NCBI GenBank assembly: GCA_014191855.1
Contig: BJHF01000021.1
Coordinates: forward strand, 3,293 to 67,292
DNA from: Deltaproteobacteria bacterium
GTDB taxonomy: Bacteria > Myxococcota_A > UBA796 > SXON01
Direction: 5' to 3'
Length of the DNA: 64,000 nt
The notes beneath the pieces were generated by a model. It had not been told where the DNA came from, did no database searches, and saw only the letters and a program-made list of their open reading frames with translations. The position numbers were made by a program, and so were the translations under genes. Numbering within the stretch: the first letter of the stretch is position 1; each line of letters starts with the position of its first letter. This document shows positions 55,759 to 64,000 of this stretch, one piece after another.

Positions 55759-56150
55759 GCGACGCGGAGCTGATCGCGCTCGCCACTGAGGCTCGCGACA
55801 ACGCCTACGCCCCCTACAGCAAGTTCAAGGTCGGGGCCGCCCTCGTGGCCAGCTCGGGTAAGGTGTACGTCGGCTGCAACGTCGAGAACGCCAGTTATCC
55901 CCTCACGGTTTGCGCCGAGCGTACGGCGATCGGCACGGCCGTGGCGGCCGGGGAAACGGAGATCGTGCGCATCGCCGTTATCGCCGACTCCGATCCCCCC
56001 GCGAGCCCCTGCGGCGGCTGTCGCCAGGTCATCTTCGAGTTCGGCCCCGATGCGGTCGTCGTGATCGCCAGCACAGCCGGCCACGTGCATACCACGGACA
56101 TCCGCACGTTGTTGCCCGATGGCTTCGACGGAGCCGCGCTCAGGCGGTAG
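55752..56150 (+). CDS. cdd: cytidine deaminase
   Basis: YAPYSKFKVGAAL, zinc motifs CAERTA and PCGGCRQ. Confidence 0.9.
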   Translation: MVSDAELIALATEARDNAYAPYSKFKVGAALVASSGKVYVGCNVENASYPLTVCAERTAIGTAVAAGETEIVRIAVIADSDPPASPCGGCRQVIFEFGPDAVVVIASTAGHVHTTDIRTLLPDGFDGAALRR

Positions 56151-57432
56151 GCGCGTCTTCCGTTGCTTCGGCGCTCACGGAGGGCTCAGCCATGTCTTTC
56201 CGATCGCCGCGCCGGCGCCGACGCCGCCGAGCGGGTGGGGACTCGTCCACCGGGTCCGTCGAATCGCCCTGCCGCTCGGGGCCGAGCACGTCGTCGATCA
56301 CTGCGAGCCACAAGTCGCCGTAGGTTTGAACCTGCCAACGCCGAAGATCGGGGACCAACGCCAGGGCCTCCCTCGAACGCGGCGCGACCCGAACCAGCTC
56401 CTTCAGCACGTTGTTCGAGACGACGGCAATGGGCGGAACGCCGCGCTGCTCCACCTCGCGGTTGCGCCAGTCCTTGAGCGCGCCCATCAACCGCTCCGCC
56501 CGCTGCCCGCGCAGGCCCGGCTCTCGTTTCACGGGCTCCGCCATCGTCGGCAGCGGCGCCTCGCTCGATACACCGGCTGCGATCGCGGCCAGGAGTCCTT
56601 CCCCATACCGCCGAATGAACGGCGCGCCGCGGCGAAAGAGGCCCACCATCTCGTCCATCGTCGCCGGGCGGCGAGCGGCCAGCTCCAGGAGGATGTCGTC
56701 GGGCAGCACCTTGAAGGAAGGTCGATCCTGCTCTTCCGCCCGAGCGTCCCGGTAGCGGTACACCGCCGAGAGCACGTGGAGCCCGCGCTCGTCGAGCTGG
56801 CGCGCTCCCTTCACCCGGTAGAAGTCGGCCGGATCGTGCCGGGGGCGCTGCCATTCGCGCTCCTGCAGCGCCTCGCACTCCTCGATCACGTGCTCCAGAC
56901 GCCCAGCCTTCGCGAGGCGCATCAGGAACAGGTCCCGCATCGCGGGCAGCCAGTGGCTGTCGCCCCGGGCGTAGTCGAGGTGCTCGTCGAGCAGTGGACG
57001 GGCCGCCCAGTCGTGGCGCTGCCACTTCTTGTCGATGGTCCAGCCCCACCACTTGTGGATGAGGTCGGCCAGGCCGAACTTCGGGAAACCGAGGAACTGA
57101 GCGGACACCATCGTGTCAAAGATACCACGCATGGTGAAGCCGAAGTCGCGCTTCAAGCACACCACGTCGTAGTCCGCCCCGTGGAACACCTTCACGATGT
57201 CCGGATTGGCGAAGATCGGGTTCAGAAGGGAGAGATCGGGGACCTTCAGCGGGTCGATCACAAAGTCGGTGTGTGCGTCGCTCACCTGGATGAGGCACAC
57301 CTTCTCCCGATAGTGGTGGAAGCTGTCGGATTCGGTATCGACGCCGATGACGCGCGCACGCGAGAGTTGGGCGGCACACTCGGCAAGCTCCTCGGGGGTC
57401 TCCACGAGGACGAGGGGGGTTTCTCCAAACAT
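56140..57432 (-). CDS. rnd: ribonuclease D
   Basis: ATG 57432 within ORF 56140..57492. DEDD motifs VDTESD, HGADYD. HRDC-like region. Arg-rich C-terminal tail. Confidence 0.85.
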   Translation of the reverse strand: MFGETPLVLVETPEELAECAAQLSRARVIGVDTESDSFHHYREKVCLIQVSDAHTDFVIDPLKVPDLSLLNPIFANPDIVKVFHGADYDVVCLKRDFGFTMRGIFDTMVSAQFLGFPKFGLADLIHKWWGWTIDKKWQRHDWAARPLLDEHLDYARGDSHWLPAMRDLFLMRLAKAGRLEHVIEECEALQEREWQRPRHDPADFYRVKGARQLDERGLHVLSAVYRYRDARAEEQDRPSFKVLPDDILLELAARRPATMDEMVGLFRRGAPFIRRYGEGLLAAIAAGVSSEAPLPTMAEPVKREPGLRGQRAERLMGALKDWRNREVEQRGVPPIAVVSNNVLKELVRVAPRSREALALVPDLRRWQVQTYGDLWLAVIDDVLGPERQGDSTDPVDESPPARRRRRRRGDRKDMAEPSVSAEATEDAPTA

Positions 57433-57445
57433 TTCGCCGCGGAGC

Positions 57446-57865
57446 CTAACTCGGGTTGGACCACGACGCGTCGGATGTGACCGTTCCCTCACTCACGGCA
57501 GCAACGCAATCGATCTCCACCTTCACGTCCCGCGGCAGGCCGGCGACGGCCACCGTGGCCCGCGCCGGACGCGTTTCACCGAAGAACTCGGCGTAGACCC
57601 CGTTCATCGCGTTGAAGTCGGCCATATCTCGCAGGAACACGGTCGTGCGGATGACACGCGCACGGCTGCTCTCGGCGGCGACCAACACGGCGTCAAGGTT
57701 CTTGAGCACCTGTCGCGTCTGGGCGGCAACATCCGCGCCGACGACGAGGCCCGAGGCCGGATCGAGCGCGATCTGGCCTGAACAGTACACCACGCCGCCG
57801 TGCACGATGGCCTGGCTGTACGGGCCGATCGCGGCGGGGGCGCGGGAGGTAGCGATGGTCTTCAT
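57446..57865 (-). CDS. ridA: RidA/YjgF-family reactive intermediate deaminase
   Basis: APAAIGPYSQAI...YCSGQIALDP...ARATVAVAGLPRDVKVEID. Confidence 0.9.
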   Translation of the reverse strand: MKTIATSRAPAAIGPYSQAIVHGGVVYCSGQIALDPASGLVVGADVAAQTRQVLKNLDAVLVAAESSRARVIRTTVFLRDMADFNAMNGVYAEFFGETRPARATVAVAGLPRDVKVEIDCVAAVSEGTVTSDASWSNPS

Positions 57866-57873
57866 TCGGGCTC

Positions 57874-58395
57874 CTACGGAACGTACACCGCAACATACGG
57901 CAGGTTTCGATACAGCTCTCCCAGGTCGAGCCCGTAGCCCACAACGAACTCGTCGGGGATGGTGAACCCGACGTAGTCCACCGGAACGTCGATCTCGCGG
58001 TTGCTCGGCTTGTCGAGCAGGGTGGCGATGCGAACGGACTTCGGTCCGCGCACCGCGAGCGTGCGCAGCAGATAGTCCATCGTAAGACCGGTATCCACGA
58101 TATCCTCGACGATCAGGCAGGCCTGACCCTCAATGTTCGCACGAAGATCCTGCGTGATCTGGACGGCGCCGCTGGATGACGTGCCGCCGTGGTAACTGGC
58201 GACCCCGAGGAACTCGATGCGCACATCTCCCGGGATGGCGCGCGCCAGATCCGCCAGGAACAAGAAGCTGCCTTTGAGCACGGCGATCACCACGATGGTT
58301 TCATCGGGATGGTCGGCACGGATTTGGCGACCCAGCTCGGCGACCCGGGTGGCGATGCGCTCGGCGGAGATCAGCTCACGAAGATTCGCGGACAT
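57874..58395 (-). CDS. hpt: hypoxanthine-guanine phosphoribosyltransferase
   Basis: IAVLKGSFLFLADL, PRPP motif LIVEDIVDTGLT. Confidence 0.9.
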   Translation of the reverse strand: MSANLRELISAERIATRVAELGRQIRADHPDETIVVIAVLKGSFLFLADLARAIPGDVRIEFLGVASYHGGTSSSGAVQITQDLRANIEGQACLIVEDIVDTGLTMDYLLRTLAVRGPKSVRIATLLDKPSNREIDVPVDYVGFTIPDEFVVGYGLDLGELYRNLPYVAVYVP

Positions 58396-58398
58396 GGT

Positions 58399-59214
58399 TC
58401 ATACCCAGGAGTTGTTGAGCACTTCGCCGAGGCCGCCGGCGCCGGGGACGATGTACTGGTGGTCGTCGAGCCCGCTCTCCTCGTCGGGCCGGCTACCCGA
58501 GGGCAACGCAAGCGCGGCAGCGGACGAAAAGGCACGGTCGAGGCGTAGGGCATGGATCCGCACGTCGGGATGCCTCGCGTGTACGTTCTTCACGTACTCG
58601 GGGGTGACGATCAGGTGCACGAACACGACCCGGGAGGGGCGCCCGTACCCCGCGCGCAGGTAGTGGTCGAGCACCTCGCACAGCGAGCCGCCGGTGGCGC
58701 CCATGGGGTCGGGGATGACGAGCACCGCGCCCTCCACGGTGCCGCCGATCTTCGCGCCAGCCACCGCGCTGCCCGTAACGCTACCGGCAGCGTCCGTTAC
58801 CCGGCTTACAAACATGTGATCCTGCCGAACCCCGAGCGGGTCCAGCAGCTCGTTGAAGCGATCGTAGAAGAGCTGCGACGAGAGGATCCCCGCGCGCGCC
58901 ACGTCCACGACAACCACCGGTTGATCCGTCGGGATCACCACGCCTTCATAGGATTCGTCGGGGTGCTTCGCGGTCATGCGCGTGGCGACGCGGTCGACAC
59001 GCGTTTGGAGCTCGCAGCTCGCCACCTTGGAGAACAGGAACTCAAAGAGTCGCGTTGCGATGCGACCGACCTCTGGCTGGTGCGTGTCGGGGTGCCCCAG
59101 CCGCGCCAGGAGGGTGAGCGGCCAGGGCTCGCCATGGAGGAACAGGTTGTCGCCCCACGCGTGTGGGGTGGCCGAGCGCGGACGCACCGGGGTGGTCCAA
59201 GAGGAGTCAGACAT
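58399..59214 (-). CDS. upp: uracil phosphoribosyltransferase-family protein (long form)
   Basis: ATG 59214 within ORF 58399..59268. VIPDPMGATGGS PRPP loop and IVPGAGGLGE. It carries more insertions than the E. coli Upp. Confidence 0.7.
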   Translation of the reverse strand: MSDSSWTTPVRPRSATPHAWGDNLFLHGEPWPLTLLARLGHPDTHQPEVGRIATRLFEFLFSKVASCELQTRVDRVATRMTAKHPDESYEGVVIPTDQPVVVVDVARAGILSSQLFYDRFNELLDPLGVRQDHMFVSRVTDAAGSVTGSAVAGAKIGGTVEGAVLVIPDPMGATGGSLCEVLDHYLRAGYGRPSRVVFVHLIVTPEYVKNVHARHPDVRIHALRLDRAFSSAAALALPSGSRPDEESGLDDHQYIVPGAGGLGEVLNNSWV

Positions 59215-61096
59215 CGGAGTCTCCGAGGAGCGGGCGGAACAAAGCGAGGGTGTCCCAGAGCTGGCCAACGGTGCCGCCCACGTAGAGCTGGGCGATCCAG
59301 GGCAGGGGGCCGATGCGGGTGAGCTCCGTGTTCACCAGAGCACTCTGGAGCGCATCGTTCTCCACGAGCTCAAGGGCGGGGCGCACGACGGACGGATCCT
59401 CGATGAGCGTGGCGGTGGACGTGAGCCAGGCCAGCTCAGGATCGGCGTTCAAGGTGTCGTAGAGCAGCACCAACGTGTCGGCGGTGGTGGTACCTTGCTG
59501 CGTAAGCAGGTGCTGGCTGTTCGCAACCGCCTCCCACGTGGAAGGGTTCGCGACCACGGTTTCCACGATCGGCGACAACGTACGCCAGGTGCCGGCGTCG
59601 GCGACCGCCACGAGCAGCTCGCACATGGCGCCCATGTCGACCGGCCGAACGCCGCTGGGAAAGGCGCTGGCCGCCTGCCGACCGTCGGGATCAACGAGCG
59701 CGGGAACCGCGGCGAGCAGGCTCCTCAGCGTGGAGGTTCCTGCCAGATCGTAGAGGACCTCCTCCAAAGGATCCACGAGCGCGTGCTCGTGGAGCTGTCC
59801 CGCCACGTCCGCCACGGCGTCGATGTGATCGTCCGCTGCGGCGAGGAACCCCAGTAACGAGCGCAACAACCCCTCGGAGGAGGGATCCGAAAGGCGGTCG
59901 ATAGACTCAAGGTCGGCGACCAACTGCTCGTCGATCACCGGGCACACGCCGCTTTCGGCCACGCTGTCGAGCACCGCGGTCGTGAGCGGGTACCCCAGGG
60001 TATCCCCGAGGAGGTCCACGCCGCTGGCCGCGGTGTCCGGGTCTACAGCGGAGAGGTTCTGAAGGATCGCGACGGCCAGGTTCCCAAGATCAACCTCCAG
60101 ATCGGTGACCCACAGGTCGAGCGTGCAGGTGATGGGCTGATTCGCATCGTGAAACAGCCGCACGAGCGACACCAGCGCGGTGTCGGCTCCGGCGCTCGCG
60201 ACGTTTCCTTCCCGATCTACCGAGGCCAGGTAGAGCAAACCGTCGTCGAGATCGGTCCACCGCCCCGCGTGGTCTTCGTCGATCACCCAACCCGCCAATT
60301 GATCGCGGGTGAACTCGTCTTCGAGGAGCGGCGCGGCAGCCGCCACCACGTCGACCAGCGCTTCGTCCGAGGTGAGGGCCACCACCCCGTCGCGCAGCGA
60401 ATTGCCCGTCGCACCAGGGTTCTCGTCGTTGCTCGTGTCTGCCGTTCGGTCCACGACCGCAGCCACGACCGCTGGCCACTCCTCGGCGAGCGCCGCGAGG
60501 TCATCGTCGGGCGCCTGATCAAGGAGCGCGAACGTCCACAACCAGCGGGGCGTGGCATCGGAGCGCAGGGCGGAGGAGACCGGTGCGAGCGCCGTGAGGT
60601 CGTCGTTGAGCACGGCAGTCGCGGTGGCAGACGCTACGTCGTAGAGCGGTACCAACAAGCCATTATCGAGGGAGGCACTGCTGTTGATCGAAACCGCCCC
60701 GCCCAGCTCCTCCACGCTGGAGGCATAGGCGAGCTCTACGGCGAGACGGAGCCACCGCTCGGTGGCCGCGCGATCGTCGAACGCGCCGAGCAGGCCGCTC
60801 AAGATCCCCGCGGCGGAGCCGGACTGGGCGCTGGCCAGCCCCGACAACACGTCCACAAGCGCGCCGCCAACGTTCCCGCTGCGCGTGGGCGCATCGAGGG
60901 CAACATCCACCGGGACAAGCGGCTCCACCATTCCCTGCCGGTTGAGACAGGCAAACGCGGCGTGCAGCTCGGCGTTATCGCCAGGGACCACCCCATCCAC
61001 GAGGTTGAACGCGTAACACGGCCCGGATGGCGAGAGCTGAGCCGACCAGTCCGCACCCGACTGGGTAAACGTGCAGCCGGCGAGGAGGGCCAGCAC
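59207..61096 (-). CDS. large lipoprotein of unknown function
   Basis: 629-aa ORF. GTG 61096, MLALLAGC lipobox. Helical Leu/Ala/Asp-rich sequence with high GC3. Confidence 0.7.
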   Translation of the reverse strand: MLALLAGCTFTQSGADWSAQLSPSGPCYAFNLVDGVVPGDNAELHAAFACLNRQGMVEPLVPVDVALDAPTRSGNVGGALVDVLSGLASAQSGSAAGILSGLLGAFDDRAATERWLRLAVELAYASSVEELGGAVSINSSASLDNGLLVPLYDVASATATAVLNDDLTALAPVSSALRSDATPRWLWTFALLDQAPDDDLAALAEEWPAVVAAVVDRTADTSNDENPGATGNSLRDGVVALTSDEALVDVVAAAAPLLEDEFTRDQLAGWVIDEDHAGRWTDLDDGLLYLASVDREGNVASAGADTALVSLVRLFHDANQPITCTLDLWVTDLEVDLGNLAVAILQNLSAVDPDTAASGVDLLGDTLGYPLTTAVLDSVAESGVCPVIDEQLVADLESIDRLSDPSSEGLLRSLLGFLAAADDHIDAVADVAGQLHEHALVDPLEEVLYDLAGTSTLRSLLAAVPALVDPDGRQAASAFPSGVRPVDMGAMCELLVAVADAGTWRTLSPIVETVVANPSTWEAVANSQHLLTQQGTTTADTLVLLYDTLNADPELAWLTSTATLIEDPSVVRPALELVENDALQSALVNTELTRIGPLPWIAQLYVGGTVGQLWDTLALFRPLLGDSDV

Positions 61097-61100
61097 CGCG

Positions 61101-61679
61101 TTAGTCGAACAGGTACCGCAGCCCGGCGCTGGCGTTCACCGTCGGGTACAGCCGCTTGCGGTACCGGATTCCCCCATCCACCTCGGCGTGGGCCTGGAAG
61201 TGTCGGGCGAACGTGTACGTGACCCCGACGCCGGCCTGGGCCTGAAGGAACTCGGTTTGGTCCTCCGTCATCACCGCGGAGCCCAGCAGGCCGATAAGGC
61301 AAAGCTGGAATCGCTCGGGCTCGCCCACGAGGCCGAACTGCAGCCCAGCGTCCACCACACCCAGCGGGCGCCACTCTTCGGTACGAAGGTTGAACGTGTA
61401 CTGATCCGCGTCGGGAGGAGCGGTTACCGGGGCATCGGCGAGGAAATAGAACCGGAAGAACCCGTTGATCTTGTAGTCCTTGTCTCCCAGGATCAGCTCG
61501 AGGCCGCCGCCGCCGTTGCTGTTGATCTCATCGAGGGGCGCCTGCTGCTCGGCCTCACCGATGGAGTTCTCGGCGTAGTAATAGACGCGATCGCCGTGAA
61601 CGCCACCGGTGCCGAAAAGACCGAAGCCGCCGGCGAAGGAGGGGGAGGCAGAAAGCAGGAGCGCAAGGGTGGAGAACAT
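61101..61679 (-). CDS. small outer-membrane beta-barrel-like protein
   Basis: ATG 61679 within ORF 61101..61772. Signal peptide MFSTLALLLSASPSFAGG. Alternating beta-strand pattern. C-terminus LRYLFD. Confidence 0.65.
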   Translation of the reverse strand: MFSTLALLLSASPSFAGGFGLFGTGGVHGDRVYYYAENSIGEAEQQAPLDEINSNGGGGLELILGDKDYKINGFFRFYFLADAPVTAPPDADQYTFNLRTEEWRPLGVVDAGLQFGLVGEPERFQLCLIGLLGSAVMTEDQTEFLQAQAGVGVTYTFARHFQAHAEVDGGIRYRKRLYPTVNASAGLRYLFD

Positions 61680-61895
61680 CTGGCGTGCTCCCGGGGGGGA
61701 AGGAGGGACCGCCATCCTTATCGCGTGCAGGCAGGTGAGGCAACCGTGACAGCGCCGCCAACCACCGCGCAATCGCGTCGGACGAGTATGTGAGCCTGGC
61801 TACAGAATTGCGGATGCCTTGACGGAGCAACAGCACGCATCCACCCACCCGCCCGACCTCCGCGTAAGGCAGGTAGGGGCCGCGTTTTGAGAATT

Positions 61896-61923
61896 TTGAC
61901 TTACAACTATCTGATATTACAGT
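61896..61923 (+). promoter_or_regulatory. sigma-70-like promoter in an AT-rich island upstream of HU
   Basis: TTGACT (61896-61901), 16-nt spacer, TACAGT (61918-61923). This is the only markedly AT-rich stretch in the window. It implies a leader of about 170 nt before ATG 62101. Confidence 0.4.
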
Positions 61924-62100
61924 CATTTAGGAATTGTGATTATCAGAACCACGAGCCCCACCCCCTCATCTACCCGGTAGCAGGCTGCTCTCCGTGGGCT
62001 CGGCCCCCTTGCAGCGGTTGATCGTTTTTGGTAATCGAGCCGGGCTGGACGGCGTCAATCTGCCGCAGCATCGACCGGCGACAACCCACACGGAGCACCC

Positions 62101-62394
62101 ATGAACAAGAAAGAGATGATTGCCAAGCTCGCGAAGCACACTGGACTCTCCCAAACCAAGGCCAGCGAAGTGCTCAACGCGCTCTTCGACGCCGAGAGCG
62201 GCAAGGGGATCATCGCGGTTGAGCTCGATGCGGGCAACAAGGTCACCATCCCCGGCTTCGGCACGTTTGGGAGCAAGAAGCGTCCCGCGCGCCCGGGCAC
62301 GAACCCCGCGAACGGGAAGAAGATCTCCATCGCCGCAAAGACGTACGCCTACTTCAAGCCGGGCAAGACCCTGCGCGAGCGCGTTTCGAAGTAG
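62101..62394 (+). CDS. hup: HU/IHF-family nucleoid-associated DNA-binding protein
   Basis: MNKKEMIAKLAKHTGLSQTKASEVLNALFD...IPGFGTFGSKKRPARPGTNPANGKKISIAAK is the canonical HU fold signature. Confidence 0.92.
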   Translation: MNKKEMIAKLAKHTGLSQTKASEVLNALFDAESGKGIIAVELDAGNKVTIPGFGTFGSKKRPARPGTNPANGKKISIAAKTYAYFKPGKTLRERVSK

Positions 62395-62607
62395 GGCGGT
62401 CCGAACCCCTTGATCCCGCCCACGGCGCCGTGCAATACGCGGCGCCGTCACTGCGGGCACCTCGCGGGACGATGGAAGCGGGCGGCCGCAGGAGAAAGGA
62501 CCAGGGTTGGCGCCGGGTCCTGCCGGCGCGGGCCGACGTCGTGCCCGCACCGGGCCGCGCTTGTCCCGATCACGCACGGACTGTGCCATGCCGGACGGGG
62601 CGCGCGG

Positions 62608-63063
62608 CTAAAGCGCCGTGTCGCCCGTGTCGCCCGTGTCGGTGCCCGTGTCCGCCGCCGCCTCCACGACGGTGAACGCCACCGGGGCCGAGGCGGCGTG
62701 CAGGTTCGTGATGGTGACCGTCGTCGCCCCCAGGGCCACCTCGGGCACCACGAACGACACCGTCTCCACGCACGCGGCGCAGTCGGTGATGCACTCGTCG
62801 CACTCCAGGCACACGTTGCACTCCGCCGCGGCCACGCACTCGTCGCACGCATCGCAATCCTGGCGCGTCACCACCACGCCCGATGCCGGGGTACTCCCAA
62901 CGGAAACCGTGGTGTCCCAGCTCTCGGTGAGCGGCCCGGTGATGGCGACCACGGTTTCCCCCACCGCCGCTTCGGTCGGAGAAAGAGCCGGCGCCGCGAG
63001 ATCGCACGTAAGACTCAACGACGACGACGTGGTCGTACACCCAAGGACCAACCACAAGAACAT
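62608..63063 (-). CDS. Cys-rich lipoprotein
   Basis: ATG 63063 within ORF 62608..63384 (ATGA overlap with the PBP stop). MFLWLVLGC lipobox. CDACDECVAAAECNVCLECDECITDCAAC cluster. (Asp-Thr-Gly)n tail. Confidence 0.7.
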   Translation of the reverse strand: MFLWLVLGCTTTSSSLSLTCDLAAPALSPTEAAVGETVVAITGPLTESWDTTVSVGSTPASGVVVTRQDCDACDECVAAAECNVCLECDECITDCAACVETVSFVVPEVALGATTVTITNLHAASAPVAFTVVEAAADTGTDTGDTGDTAL

Positions 63064-64000
63064 CACCACTCCGTCGTCAACAGGTCTTCCGAAGTCTTCT
63101 GGCCGGCTTCCGCAGCCACCCCGCCGGGAACCGTACCCGGCAAGAACGGCATCGACCGCCCCGCGGCGCTGGGCCGGCCACTCGCCTCGTCGATGGTCGC
63201 AAACACCACGCTGCCGCCCGACTTGAACGGACGATCCTGGTCTTTCGGGGCCGCCTTCTCCATGTACTGCATCCAGATGGGGAGCGCCGTGTGGCCCCCG
63301 GTGGCTTGCCCGCCGAGCGACTTCGGGCGGTCGTAGCCGACCCACACCGCCGTGAGGACGGTCGGCGTATAGCCCACGAACCACGCATCGCGGTTGTCAT
63401 TCGTCGTCCCGGTCTTGCCGCCGATGTGCAGCCCGAGCTTCTGTGACTTCGCCGCGGTGCCGCTGGTGGCCACCTCGATCAGCATCCAGTTCATGATCGT
63501 GGCGACGGACGGATCGAGCACTTGTTCGAACTCGACGGGCTGGTAGGACTCCAACGTCACCCCGTCGCGATCCACGACCTTCTGAATATAGTGAGGTTCC
63601 ACCTTGTGACCGACCGTCGCAAACGCGCTGTAGGCTCGCGCGACCTCCGGCATCGTGAGCGAAGCGGATCCGAGCCCCATCGAGAGGTCTACGTCCATGT
63701 GGCTCGTGATCCCGAGCTTCCGGGAGAGGGCGACCACCGGGTCCAGCCCGATCACGTCCAGCACTCGTACGGTTACGACGTTGCGCGAAAGCGCGAGCGC
63801 CTTTCGCAGCGTGATGTCCCCCAGGTAGTCTTCCCCGTAGTTCGCCGGCTTCCAGAGTTGGTTGCGCAGGGTGTTGAAGACCAGCGGTGCGTCCTGCACG
63901 ATGGTGCCGGTGGTGAACTTCTTGGACTCGATCGCTGCGGCGTACACGATGGGCTTGAAGGTGCTGCCGACCTGCCGTTCCGCTTGTGTCGCCCGGTTGA
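63063..64000 (-). CDS. mrcA: class A penicillin-binding protein (PBP1A), C-terminal transpeptidase part; N-terminus lies beyond the window end
   Basis: ORF 63063..63947 continues open to 64000. SRNVVTV (SxN) and GGKTGTTND (KTG) motifs. Confidence 0.88.
   Translation of the reverse strand, partial: NRATQAERQVGSTFKPIVYAAAIESKKFTTGTIVQDAPLVFNTLRNQLWKPANYGEDYLGDITLRKALALSRNVVTVRVLDVIGLDPVVALSRKLGITSHMDVDLSMGLGSASLTMPEVARAYSAFATVGHKVEPHYIQKVVDRDGVTLESYQPVEFEQVLDPSVATIMNWMLIEVATSGTAAKSQKLGLHIGGKTGTTNDNRDAWFVGYTPTVLTAVWVGYDRPKSLGGQATGGHTALPIWMQYMEKAAPKDQDRPFKSGGSVVFATIDEASGRPSAAGRSMPFLPGTVPGGVAAEAGQKTSEDLLTTEW

Overview
Very GC-rich bacterial chromosomal segment (GC not computed). The protein style suggests a myxobacterium-like deltaproteobacterium, but this is inference only: many lipoproteins with Asp/Thr-rich linkers, MopE-like DCDD metal-binding repeats, and a Ser/Thr kinase fused to a STAND-type NTPase. 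There are about 60 genes, mostly in tightly coupled operons with ATGA/GTGA/TAGTG start-stop overlaps.

Recognisable content:
- a cobalamin riboswitch driving a TonB-dependent receptor plus four consecutive lipoproteins, two of them beta-propellers
- a RAYT-like HUH/Tyr transposase homologue beside a 1.2-kb array of seven composite hairpin-rich repeats
- a Usp-APC permease, a truncated KdpD-like kinase with KdpE, and a class III adenylate cyclase
- minCDE and an orphan PilB/GspE-like ATPase
- two B12-binding radical SAM proteins
- an M1 aminopeptidase/ASKHA-kinase/HAD operon, and DksA/TraR
- a PTP-Fbp-hydrolase-Ser/Thr kinase(STAND)-ALDH operon
- a vWA lipoprotein followed in frame by RCC1-like repeats
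- a T4 Rnl1-like RNA ligase next to a SpoT-type HD protein
- a MOSC-FolE-ABC operon
- salvage and housekeeping genes (punA, cdd, hpt, upp, rnd, ridA, cysC, HU, PBP1A)

Most interesting non-standard signals:
- the two tandem structured repeat arrays (7570-8755 and 19361-19557)
- a GC-rich palindromic element found in frame inside the TonB receptor and again in an intergenic region
- the riboswitch-controlled lipoprotein operon
- the Rnl1/HD pair
- the TAG-interrupted vWA-RCC1 reading frame

No rRNA, tRNA, CRISPR, integrase or prophage was seen. All family assignments come from motifs read by eye; no database search or folding program was run. Many long ORFs in the track are antisense or out-of-frame shadows typical of high-GC DNA, and many true starts lie downstream of the longest-ORF start.
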